This document shows, one piece after another, positions 52,497 to 64,000 of a DNA stretch of 64,000 nucleotides. Location: the NCBI GenBank assembly GCA_951406725.2, contig OX597822.1:47678001-47742000 (forward strand), written 5' to 3'. Made by a program: the position numbers and the translations under genes. This DNA comes from Octopus vulgaris (Eukaryota). Position 1 is the first letter of the stretch. Each line of letters begins with the position of its first letter. The notes beneath the pieces were generated by a model, which saw only the letters and a program-made list of their open reading frames with translations, was not told the DNA's origin and made no database searches.

Positions 52497-52894
52497 CCTT
52501 TCTACTCTAAGTACAAGGCCCGGAATTTTATGGGAAGGGGCCAGTCGATTAGATCGACCCCAGTACGCAACTGGTACTTATTTAATCGACTCCGAAAGGA
52601 TGAAAGGCAAAGTCGACCTCGGCGGAATTTGAACTCAAAACGCAGCGGCATACAAAATACCTATTTCTTTACTATCCACAAGGGGCTAAACACAGAAGGG
52701 ACAAACAAGGACAGACAAACGGATTAAGTCGATTACATCGACCCCAGTGCGTAACTGGTACTTATTTAATCGACCCCGAAGGGATGAAAGGCAAAGTCGA
52801 CCTCGGCGGAATTTGAACTCAGAACGTAGCGACAGACGAAATACCGCTAAGCATTTCGCCCGACGTGCTAACGATTCTGCTAGCTCGCCGCCTT
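52497..52894 (-). mobile_element. Dimeric SINE family B
   Basis: A full unit plus a head-truncated unit with a different tail. One flanking duplication: GTGTAACTTAGATATC (52481-52496) / GTCTAACTTAAATATC (52895-52910). Confidence 0.85.
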
Positions 52895-53523
52895 GTCTAA
52901 CTTAAATATCGGACTATCCTAACTGCAGCAAAGTTTACACCGTAGAGGTACCTAGGAGCCATTACAGATAACTATAAAATTTGTGTAGCAGCTGTTCCAT
53001 CCTAAAATGTGTCAGCAGTCATCTTGTCTGAATTGAACTTAGTTTTGGTTGAGGGACAGAGTGCGCATGCTTTCACAAACACTCGCGCGCGCCCGCCCTC
53101 ACCATTATTCTTTTTTTTTACTCTTCTACTTTTTTATTTGTTTCATTCATTTGACTGCGGCCATGCTGGAGCACCGCCTTTAGTCGGACAAATCGACCTT
53201 GGAACTTATTCTTTGTAAGCCTAGTACTTATTCTATTGATCTGTTTTGCCGATCCGCTAAGTTACGGGGACGTAAACACACTAGCATCAGTTGTCAAAGG
53301 ATGGTGGGGAAGAAACACAAACATACACATCTCTCTCTCTCTCTCTTTCTATATATATATATATATATATATATACGACGGGCTTCTTTCAGTTTCCGTC
53401 TACCAAATCCACTCAAAATGCTTTGGTCGGCCCGAGGCTATAGTAAAAGACACTTGCCCAAGGAAAAATCATGAAGAAAACGGGGAGTTTTAACATACGG
53501 AACATTGTGTGCATTTGTGGGCG

Positions 53524-53572
<49 letters not shown>

Positions 53573-53958
53573 ATGCTGTACTTTTCGAATTCCCGGTACA
53601 ATCCACCCGACCGGTTTCTCACAGTTTCTCTCTTACCAATTTCAGTCACAAAATATAGATCAATTTTTGGATATATATGGTTTCAAATTTTGGTATAGGA
53701 CCAGCAGTTTTTGAAGGGAAGGGAAGTCGGCCCTAGTATTTGACTGGTACTTAATTTATTGATTGCGAAATGATGAAAGACAAAGTCGACCACGACGGAA
53801 TATGAACTTAAAACATAAAGACGGACGAAATGCGAATTTTGTCCGTTAGGGCTAACGATTTTACCAGATTGACCACCTAACTCTTGGCTATGTATAAATG
53901 GTGTTTGCGAAGATAACTTCTTAACCATTCAACCATACTACACCCATCTCTCTCCCTT

Positions 53959-54034
<76 letters not shown>

Positions 54035-54349
54035 AGTCCATTTTGCAACCACGTAGTCAGTCCCACTGCGCGGGTCCTTGGGCAAGTGTCTTCTACAGTA
54101 AACTCGGGTTTGTGAGTGAATTTGGTAGATGGAAACTGTGTGGAAGCTGATTGTATATAATATACGTGTGTGTGTTTGTGTGTGTCTTCGCTTCGTCGCC
54201 ATCGCTTGACAACCGGTATTGTTTACGTTCCCGCGATATAGCGATTTGTCAAGTACTGGGGTCGATTTGTTTGACTAAACCTTTCAAAGGTGGTGCCCCA
54301 GCATGGCCGCAGTTCAGTGACTGAAACAAGTGAAAGATAAAAGATATAA

Positions 54350-54870
54350 CCGACATTTTAGAAGAATAGAATCGGAAGTGATCGAGTGCGCCAAACCCCG
54401 TAATTTCTTCGGTTGTGTCAATTCCACCAGGTTGGCCATGTGATTCGGATGCCGAGTAACCGGCTCCCGAAAGCGGCCCTCTTCAGTGAGATCGAAACTA
54501 TAAGTAGGCCTCATGGACGTCCGATACTTCGTTTTCGTGATCATCGTAAGCGGTCTCTCATGTTATGCGGTGACCCTCCCAGACTGTTAATCAGAAGGCA
54601 CGGGAGTCCTTGTGTGATGCTGGAGTGGAGCGCTTTGAATCCGAACGCAGGAGACTGCACGAAGAGAGGAGGAGACGTCGTCATCAACTCCCTGCGGCTG
54701 TTGTTCGGGGTCACTTTCAGTGTCCTCAATGTCACAGGATCTGGCTATCTCGTATCGGACTTGTCACGCCCGCTCCCATGAGAAGCAATGTGCTGAAGGC
54801 AGAGGATGATGAATGTTCTGGGTCCACGCTCTCATCACCTTTGATGGGTTGTCATAAGCAAGTAAGTAAA
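54350..54870 (+). pseudogene. RTE-clade (BovB-like) LINE 3' end, decayed ORF C-terminus
   Basis: GHVIRMPSNRLPKAALFSE...GRPILRFRDHRKRSL, then after a frameshift GVERFESERRR...FQCPQCHRIWLSRIGL (RTE C-terminal CxxC..SRIGL motif). Short AAGT-type tail. Confidence 0.88.
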
Positions 54871-55636
54871 ATTAACAATTCCGAAAAGCAATGCCCCCTC
54901 TCATCATCACTTGTTATAAACTGTGAAGTTTTGGAACACCATAAGGAAAAGATCACGGAATGGAGGTAAAATGCCAATAAATAATCAATAAAATAATAAT
55001 AAAATAATAATAAATAATTAATAAAAAAGAAGGAAGTTTTGAAAGTAAGAAATATCTTTCAGATTCGCAATTCCGATTGTAAGAAAACACGGGAATCCTA
55101 TATCGTCAAAGGGCGGACGGACACGGAAACACATACACACGCACACACACATTCGCGGTAACGTAAATGAGATCTCGCCCCTTGATCAGCTAAATGTCTC
55201 AAACTCCGAAGACATCGTTAATGTGTGTTGTTAAACTCCAGTTGACTCGCCAATAATTCAAGTCAACTCGATGTTTTCTGGGGTTTTTTCCTCCACAACT
55301 TTTACTCCGATTCATCCTTTTGTTTATTATTTAAACCATCTTTAAACGTCCTAAATCTCTCTCACTCTCTTTCACACACACACACGCGCACAATTTAAAA
55401 AAAAGTAAGCTAAGGGAAGTAACTCGAGTAAGCAATGGCTTGAATTTAGATAAATAGGTTAGTGAGTGACGTATGAAGAATATTCCCGATTAAAATTTCC
55501 CTTGCAATTCAAAAAAGATAACAAAAACTTAGTGATAATTATTAACGACTATGCAGGACAAGCTTGAGAAATTCAAGAAATGAAATTTTTTTCATAATAC
55601 TTCCTAGGTTAGGGAAAAAAATCTGGTGTGTGTATG

Positions 55637-55683
<47 letters not shown>

Positions 55684-56792
55684 GTATGTATTTGCGGGAC
55701 CGTGTTAGTGATCAGGTTGCTATTGCTGCAATGAAAATTGTAACACCAAATAATATATGTCGAAGTGAAATGAAATTTATATAGTTTTCTGCGTTTTTGA
55801 ATGGCTAATACTGGCGATTTCCATGGTGTTATCGTGCATATAAATTTAGCTCAACTCAAGATATATTTCAGCCAAAAGTTGAACCTGGCCATGTCTAGCG
55901 TAACTCGATGGAAACTGTTAGGTCATTTCAAAACCATGTTTTGTAATGTCCTGGACCCATTCATGTAGGGAGTTAAAAGAGATATCCAGGTATAAGTGGC
56001 TTATACACTCACACACATTATGTATATACTTCCGACTGTAACAAACGAAAGAGGGGAGGGGGGCTCGAAGTAGTCATTTGAAATGCTAAAAATAGCAACC
56101 ATATCGCTCTCAAACCATCCCCTACAACCTTAAAAAAAGAGAAAGGACACATTGGCTAATATTTCCTTGAAAAAAAAAAAAATAATAGATAAAACGTTGG
56201 AGAGTTAATGAGGGAACGTCTTTGATTATAAGGTCTGTTTCGGACAAAATGACCTCGGGGCGAAACAACTTCCGATTTCGTGTACATTCTAAGTACCTCT
56301 GTAACCTTTTCTGTATGAACTGTTTCCAAACTGTGTTTCTATTTACATCCAAGCCAGCATGCGCGCGCAAGTACATCCATTCATTCACACACACGCACAG
56401 TTCGTCTGTCGTGTGTGTTTACGTACTTTCTATGTCTATACGTATTCCTGTATACGAACGTCAGTTTTATTTACGTGCGATAACATAACTGACTTAAGCG
56501 TGCGTATTTAAATGGATACCAAGAGATGTCCGTATATACGCATGTTTGTTTTTGTGTGTGCGTTGTATGTATGATCGGCATTTTCCGGCTATATCCGCTG
56601 CCAATTTATTTTCGGAAATTGCCGACTGCATATTTTGTTTGACGATAACAATGAGGTCCTAATCATTTAGATTCTGATAATATCTCTTATTTTTCCTCTC
56701 CTACACACCACACATTCTCTCCCACCTCCATTTCCTTGCTCTTTATTTATCTATTCTGGCATATCTGTCAAATCTCTCTCTCTCTCTCTCTC

Positions 56793-56829
<37 letters not shown>

Positions 56830-57291
56830 CGTATGTGTGTGCACTTTAGATAATTTGTCCACTTTATCTCTTTTACTCTTTTCATTTTCTTCCCGTTTCA
56901 TGCTCGTTTTAACTCCAACTCCCCCTCTTTCTCACTGTTTATATTTATCTCTCGCCTCTCCCTCTTCCCCACTGGAAGAGCAAACGATATCACATACGCA
57001 AGAAGGTTCGCGGCGCTGGTTTTACAATAAATATAGATCGATGAAACATTTGTTTGATAATCCTAGTTTTATGTGTATATTCTCTGAATGTATAAATACA
57101 AGGATTCATATATATATATATGTATGATGTGTGTGTGTGTGTGTGTATATACATGTTGCTTAGCCAGATCAGCCCTAACTTGCGATCAAGTTATTCTAGC
57201 TGTGGCCATCGCTTTCTCATTCATTCTTCCTTTCCTTCCTTTCTCTCTCTCTGTCTCTCTCTCTCTCTCTCTTCTCTCTCTCACTCACTCA

Positions 57292-57328
<37 letters not shown>

Positions 57329-57337
57329 ACTCACTCA

Positions 57338-57389
<52 letters not shown>

Positions 57390-58282
57390 CTTTTACAGAG
57401 ATAATAGATAGATAAGTATTACATTATTTAATAGCTCCTTCGACTCTTTAAAAGTAGCAAGATACAATTTGAGGGAGATCTGGCTACTATCTCTTGCAAG
57501 TTAAGCGGCCATACAGAGCAACAATACGTATGAGACATGGTTCATCGTAAAGCGGGCTGTACTACTAAAAGAAATTCAAGGTAATCTTTCGTTAGGCGTG
57601 CCATTCGGAAAGTCTCACCAGGCAGCGCTTTGCTCATGCCTGATTTAAAGTAAGGGCGGGAAACAGTTTGAGTCCGTACCATTGGCGATTTGCAAGGACA
57701 TGAGAAACTGTGATGGGTGCGTCTGTACTAAGGAAAACATTGAAACCTTAATTTTACAATTGACTGAAACTAGAGAAAGAATAGTGTGTGTATGTGTATT
57801 TACTAACAGGGATTACGATGCCGTGTAAGTAGCAAGTATTACATCTGACACTAAATGCGTGTGATAATATAACGGGCTTGAGCGTTTATATTTCTACGCA
57901 ACAAAATATAGTGCGATGTTGCTTAGCCACCCCACCTTCCTTCGCCGACCCAAATCAAGCATAGTTGTAATCAAAGGTGTTCCAGCTATAACCATCTCAT
58001 CTTTTCTTTTTAAGGCATAGTCAATTTTGAGACGGTGAGGTGTGTGTTTGAGGGTTATTTTGCTGCTGTTTCTAGCAGGATGCGTTACAACATAAAGGCT
58101 CGATGTATTGTGCACGCATATATAAAGGGATGTTGAGCAAGCTGTGACTAGAAGCTTTCTAGAAAGATAACAGTGTAACGATGTTTGTAAGATAGGTAGG
58201 GAGGAAGATGAGACAAAATAAAATGAAACAGAATAGGTAGGTAGGTATGTATGTAGGTAGATAGATAGATAGATAGATAGCT

Positions 58283-58512
58283 TAGCGCTTTCGAATCAAC
58301 GATTCTCCGGACTTTGATCCTTATTTTCCGCTCTTTCTTGATGTGGTTAGTTTTTCATCTAGCCTGAACCGCCGAAGTGAGCTGGATGCGTGGAAAACAC
58401 GTTTACTGTTTCTAGGATATTTTAATCATGAAAGAACGAAAAACTAACCACCACCAAGAAAGAGCGGAAAATAGGGATTAAAAAAGTCTGCTGAAGAATC
58501 ATCGATTCAAAA
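58283..58512. mobile_element. Inverted-repeat fragment with degenerate HHR-like motif in each arm
   Basis: ATCCTTATTTTCCGCTCTTTCTTG..GTGGTTAGTTTTTC pairs with GAAAAACTAACCAC..CAAGAAAGAGCGGAAAATAGGGAT. The arms carry GAATC-nnn-GATTC hairpins, one preceded by CTGCTGAA and the other followed by GAAAGCGCTA. Confidence 0.55.
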
Positions 58513-58600
58513 ATACTCACTAAATAACCTATAACACCCACCAACAAGGCTCCTCCATCCAGGTTACACGCCATATGTAAACTATCCTCTCTTCTTACGG

Positions 58601-58748
<148 letters not shown>

Positions 58749-59469
58749 ACTTCTATACCTACTCCTAAATCCACAAACCTTTCAAAAAAATGTTTTTATA
58801 TCCATCAACCTGCGTAGCACCTTGGGCGAAGCTTTGTGAGTAGATTTGGAAGACGGAAATCGAAAGAAGCCCCTCGTATATATGTGTGTGTGTTTGCCCC
58901 CTCCCCCATCGCTTGACAGCCGATGTTGGTGTGTTTACGTCTCCGTAACTTACCGGTTCGGCAAAACAAACCAATAGAATAAGTACTAGTCTTACAAAGA
59001 ATAAGTCCTGAGGTCGATTTGCTCGACTAAAGGCGGTGCTCCAGCATGGCCACAGTCAAATGACTGAAACAAGTAAAAGAATAAAAGAATCTGTTACAGA
59101 AAATTAAACCTCCCTGTAGTCTACTTCCTCTGTTGTTTTCTCTATTATTATTTTATTTTCTCTCACCTTTCTCCCCACCTATCCCATTTGCTGCCGTTAT
59201 CCTGTTGTCTTACTAAAACCCAACCATGTTGCCTGAGATACATCAACACATTAAAAGCGTTCTGTGACAAATTTTGTTTCCATTTTCTATTTTTCTTTAT
59301 GAGTGGGGAGGAGAATCTAAGACTATCTAGTGTGAAAATGGATGTGGTTCAAAGGCTATTTCGTTGCTGTTTCTAGCAGTTCGAGTGACCGTGGCGAGAC
59401 TTCGTCGTTGTCTTATGGACAGGCGACTGAGTTACTTTTGTAGAAGTGATAGAAATATATAGACTATAC

Positions 59470-59645
59470 CAGTGATTTCCAGCTTTTTCACTACGAAGGA
59501 CCCCTTTTTATTTAAATGAGTTTTCCCACGGACGCCTTTTAATATGCTTATCTTTATATATATATATATATATATATATGAAATTTTGGATTTAGTTCAC
59601 TGACTCCTAGTACTACCTTTGCAGACCACACGTTGGGAACCACTG
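59470..59645. mobile_element. hAT-Charlie MITE
   Basis: TIRs CAGTGATTTCCAGC / GTTGGGAACCACTG and an 8-bp TSD GACTATAC / GACCATAC. Confidence 0.85.
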
Positions 59646-60772
59646 GACCATACTAAACACTTAGTAGATGATTTAAATTCCGCTGAAGTCGGCTTTGCCT
59701 TTTTTTCCTTTCGACGTCGATAAAATAAATAGCAAAGTCGATGTAATCGATTCACCTCTCCCCCAAAATTGCTGGCCTTGTGCCAAAATATGAAGCCATT
59801 ATTCGTAAGGTCGCTTTCAGATTATGAGCGTGGACAGCTAATAAAACAAAATGCAATTGCCTCCTTTCCAACACAATGCATTTAACCCCACGAACTCCAG
59901 CGGAGGGCAAAAATAAGTGGCAAAACAAACGAGTGGGTACATTTTTGAGTGCCTTCTGACACTTCTTGAATAAAATCCGTTGTTAACAGAACTTCGAAAT
60001 GGTCCCAGTTCATTTAACTGTCAAAGAAGCAAGTAACAACTCAATCTAAAAAGTGACAACTTATCATCTTAGGAGAGAAATATACCTTGTGCATTTAATG
60101 CCATCTGACGGTGTCACGATTTTGATTTTCTGGAAGCTTTACTAAAATAGTAACTTCTAATATTCTTTCAAATTTTGATACAAGGCCAGGATTTCGAAGG
60201 GAGGGAGGTCAATTACATCGACCCCCCCGGTGCTCCATTCGTACTTATTCTATCGATCTCGATATGATGAAGGATAAAGTCGATCTTGGTAGTATTTGAA
60301 TATGGCGCTAGCTACTTCACTCCGTCCTCTACATTCGTGGATTCTCTATTCTCCCTCCATATATATTCTGCCTGTCTGTCTGAAAGAACCTGACAGAAGA
60401 GTGTAGATTGTTTGTCTGGTTTGTATTCTAGAACACAAACATATTCAAAATACGTGCGTCTGAGTTTCTCACAATTACTTTTTCGCCTACTTTGTCTTCT
60501 CGAGGAAAAGAAATAAAGAAAGGAACAAACATAAAATGTGTACTGATTGACACATAGACGGAGTTTTGTATTTCTCTGTCTCTCTCTGTCTCTCTTTCTC
60601 TCTCTCTACTACACAGGTTTTCATTGTTTGACACTCTCTCTTTGCTCTGTATCTCGCTCTCTCACACACTCGCACACGCCAAGAGCGCTAACTAAAATCA
60701 TTGATAATCATATTATGTACAAGTCCTTCGCGTCACTCGTTTGGTTAGTCGATCTGATCAGGAAAAAAGGAA

Positions 60773-60814
<42 letters not shown>

Positions 60815-60911
60815 AACATCACAATGTCTGCTCTTGGTGTTATCAAAAGCTGCAGACCTGTTAGTTTGGACAAACAAAACAGCTTACCTGTCTGTGTGTC
60901 TCTCTTCCTCC

Positions 60912-60976
<65 letters not shown>

Positions 60977-61129
60977 TATGTAGCTGTATGTGTGTATTTA
61001 CAAACACGTATCGAAAGACTTCTTTCAGATAATCTGCACTTGTAACATTGTTTCATACAGACAGCCGAGCACGTTTCTGTCATCAGTAGTCAATAAAGAG
61101 AACTTCATTCTAGCTTCCTCTATCAAATC

Positions 61130-61470
61130 ATGGTATTTAATGGACCATTCTATATATATATATATCATAAATGAAGAATTTGCTCGTATTTGTTTATGCT
61201 GGTCAAATACGTGCCCCTGGCCATTCAAGTATTTCTCTTGGTTAATTTTTGTTTAAATTATGCAAAATTACCTAGGCCAGGAATGTGTTTGACTATTCGT
61301 ATAGGTCTAAGTTCCTTGGCTACAGGAGATCAGATCGGACTAAAGCCGTGCTGTCGACGTCCATTCATGCAGAAACTTGTGTCCATGGCATGTCAACATT
61401 GCCGACTTCTTGTTTCTTGAGATTACAGGATTATCTCCCCCTTATCAAGTGGAGCTCGTCATAATTGCTG
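61130..61470 (+). mobile_element. Second copy of the 50.2-50.9 kb HHR repeat family
   Basis: Shared colinear blocks (GTATTTGT, TTTTTGTTTAA.TTATGCAA, TTACCT.GGCCA, GGAGAT, GATTATCTCCCC). HHR remnant at 61345-61389: GCCGTG CTGTCGA cgtccattcatgca GAA AC-TTGT-GT C CATGGC. Confidence 0.65.
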
Positions 61471-61943
61471 CTTGTTTACTGGACTGTGGCCATGCTGGGG
61501 CACCACCTTGTAGGATTTAGTCGAACAAATTGACCCTAGTAGTTACGTTTTCAAGTCTGGTATTTATTCTGTCACATTTGCCAAACCGCTAAGTTACGGG
61601 AACGTAAACAAACCAATATCGATTTTAATAGGTGAGTGAGGGCTTACGATAGGCTTCCGTAGTTTCTGTCTGCAAAAATTCAGTCACAAGGCACTGGTTG
61701 ACCCGAGTAGAAGATACTTGCCAAAGGTGCCGCGCAAAGAGACTGATCCGGAAACCACGTAGTTATGCTGCGTGTACGTGCTTGTGTGTATGTTTGTGGC
61801 GCTGTTCTGAGAGCGATATAACCAGCGAAAAAGAAAATGGTTGAAATCTGTATAAGAAAAGATTATGTCGTTCTGTACACATTTTCACTATAAGTGTTTT
61901 ATTGAGATTTTCATGCTTTGGCATTGGAAATAACTATGTGAAT

Positions 61944-61988
<45 letters not shown>

Positions 61989-62189
61989 GAGAGAGAGCGG
62001 GCGGTTGATAATAATCCTTTTGTAGGCACAAGGCCTGAAATTTTGGGGGTGGCAGCAGTTAATTACATTGACCCCGAAAGGATGAAAGGCAAAGTCGACC
62101 TCGGCGGAATTTAGAGTAAGAACGTAAAGACAGACGAAATACCTCTAAGCATTTTGTCCTGCGTGCTATTAATTATAATGACTATTATT

Positions 62190-62742
62190 GAGTGTGAGAG
62201 CAGTGCATACCATCAAAGTGACAATAGGGTAAAATATACGAAGTCCAGTATACCCATCATGACTACCCATCTGATAAGGGTACACTAGGCACATGCATCA
62301 CACCATATGTGCGCGACATGGTGATCTCATATCAAGATAAACAGCACATGACCTTGCAGGTGGGGCCCAGTTAGAATTTTCTTCTGGTCGAGTAGCCCAT
62401 CCCGTTCAAAAGGTCCCTGAACAAGGGTTGTTTAAGGATGTTGAATGAAACACATGTTTTTAGAAGTGAATTATTCAAACCCCAAAGAATCCCTCTCAAC
62501 ACATGGCTATGATGCTCCCCCACTACTTTTGCTCGTGATCAGAGATGCACATATCGTCAGCCACTAAAGGACATGCTCAACTGGTTACAATCAAAACAAC
62601 TGACAAGCAAATCTGCGTTATTGAGCAGAATATTTGCTATAACCCATCTTTTATACCAAGACAAAACAATGTACATAATAACACTTCCTATCAGTTAAGA
62701 TCAGAAGCCACGAGAGGCACTGCCTGGTACTCCATCAGGGCA
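62190..62742 (-). mobile_element. ~550-bp (AAT)n-embedded repeat, second copy
   Basis: Reverse complement of 27371-27909 with ~15 extra bases at the presumed 5' end; ATT runs on both sides. Confidence 0.85.
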
Positions 62743-62763
62743 CTTATTATTATTATTATTATT

Positions 62764-63716
62764 CAGAATCGCACCTCTCCTTCAAAAATGCATTAAAAAA
62801 AAAGTTCCGAGTCCTACGTTTTAGATGTCAGAGATTACGAATATGCTTAAAATTTTTTTTAAATTTCACCCCCTCACCCCCAATTTGAAATTTTGATTTT
62901 GTTTAAAGAGATTGTTGCAAATTTTCGAACACATGCAAATCCAGACAAAAACATTAAAGTGAAAAGAATTTGCGTTTTACTTGTGTTTACCTTAAATAAT
63001 CGTAAATAATAATTTAATGTAAATTAAATATACACCTCATGGCTAACCACATTGGGGAGGGGGTGTTACTGTAGTTTTATAGCCCCAACACCCCCTCCCC
63101 AATGTGGTTAGCCATGATAAGATGGCTTCTATACTTTACATTATCGAGCGATTACTGTTTCAATCTCATTCTGAGATTTAATTATGCCTAAAATATACAC
63201 CATTTTATGAGAAACAAGCATTAATGTTATAAAGTTTAATAAGGGGCTCAAATTTCATCCTTTCCCCAATTTTGAATTTTGAGCTTTTTCATCCATTTAT
63301 TTCTTTGTCTATTTATCCCTATCTGTTTATTCATATCTATTTGAATTTAAAATTTTGAAAAACGTGGTTACTTGCATATTCGTAATCTCCGTCATCGAAA
63401 ACATCGAAAAAAAAAAAAAAACAAAATCGGAAATGTTTGTTTTTTTTGAGGGAAGGGTGTCTGTGTGTCCGCTGAAGAGGCGGGGTAAAATTTGGGGGAA
63501 GGGGAAGTTAAGGTGGGCATTTTAAATTTGGAAAAGGTGGTTTGAAAAAAATTTCGAAAAAAGTTCAAAATTTTAAATTTTGGGGGATGAAAGGGGAGTG
63601 AAATAAATTTTATTTTTTTAATTTTTGCTTATTCATAATCTCCGACATCTAAAACATAGAAATCCGAAAAAAAAATTTTTTTTAAATACATTTTTCAAGG
63701 AGAGCTGCGATTCTGC
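62764..63716. mobile_element. ~950-bp foldback/MITE with ~140-bp imperfect TIRs and an internal perfect hairpin
   Basis: CAGAATCGCACCTCTCCTT..AAAAATG...TTTTAGATGTCAGAGATTACGAATA pairs with TATTCATAATCTCCGACATCTAAAA...CATTTTTCAAGGAGAGCTGCGATTCTG. A third TIR-like block lies at ~63375-63405. 31-bp perfect IR at 63037-63067/63087-63117. Confidence 0.8.
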
Positions 63717-63734
63717 ATTTAAACCTCCCCCCCC

Positions 63735-63801
<67 letters not shown>

Positions 63802-64000
63802 TATACTTACATACATACATACATACACAGTGAATGGCTAATGGCTGTCCTGTAGCGTAAAATAGAAATGAAAGGAGTTCAAAGCCAAAATGTGTTTGAC
63901 AAACTCTGCTCTAAAGTGTTACGAGTTGTAACAATTGGTTATTGCTATCACTATGTCTAGGCGCAATCAATACTCCCGCGCGCGCACGCACACATTCCCT

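Noticed and set aside
61068-61090. CTGATGA-CA-GAAACGT on the minus strand
   Set aside because: There is no room for stem II; chance or a deletion remnant.
62680-62742. HDV-like ribozyme or U2-like segment at the end of the AAT-embedded element
   Set aside because: The P1/P1.1 pairings could not be built, and the motif is not conserved in the 27371 copy.

Overview
AT-rich, repeat-dominated animal genomic DNA (intron or intergenic). The SINE repertoire and microsatellite load suggest an octopod cephalopod such as Octopus; this is inferred from repeat recognition, not from a search. I found no intact protein-coding gene, and almost all ORFs in the track are microsatellite artefacts. Recognisable content: about 24 copies of a tRNA-headed CORE-like SINE with an internal microsatellite (family A); about 18 copies of a second tRNA-headed SINE (family B, several with clear TSDs); three SINEs sharing a head and CORE but with different tails (family C); an older (AAC)n-tailed repeat (family E); two decayed mariner transposases; an RTE-clade LINE 3' end; a Helentron-type HINE; hAT and Tc1/pogo MITEs; foldback elements; and two copies of an (AAT)n-embedded ~550-bp repeat. 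The most interesting signal is a dispersed set of about 9 type I hammerhead ribozyme (HHR) motifs or remnants from at least 5 sequence families, mostly inside (TA)n tracts. These include a ~520-bp palindrome carrying an HHR on each strand, HHRs with long rod-like stem II extensions, minimal dimer-type HHRs, and a ~406-bp-period HHR repeat with covarying stem I. They resemble Penelope-like pseudo-LTRs or retrozymes. All structures were folded by eye, and many repeat boundaries are approximate.
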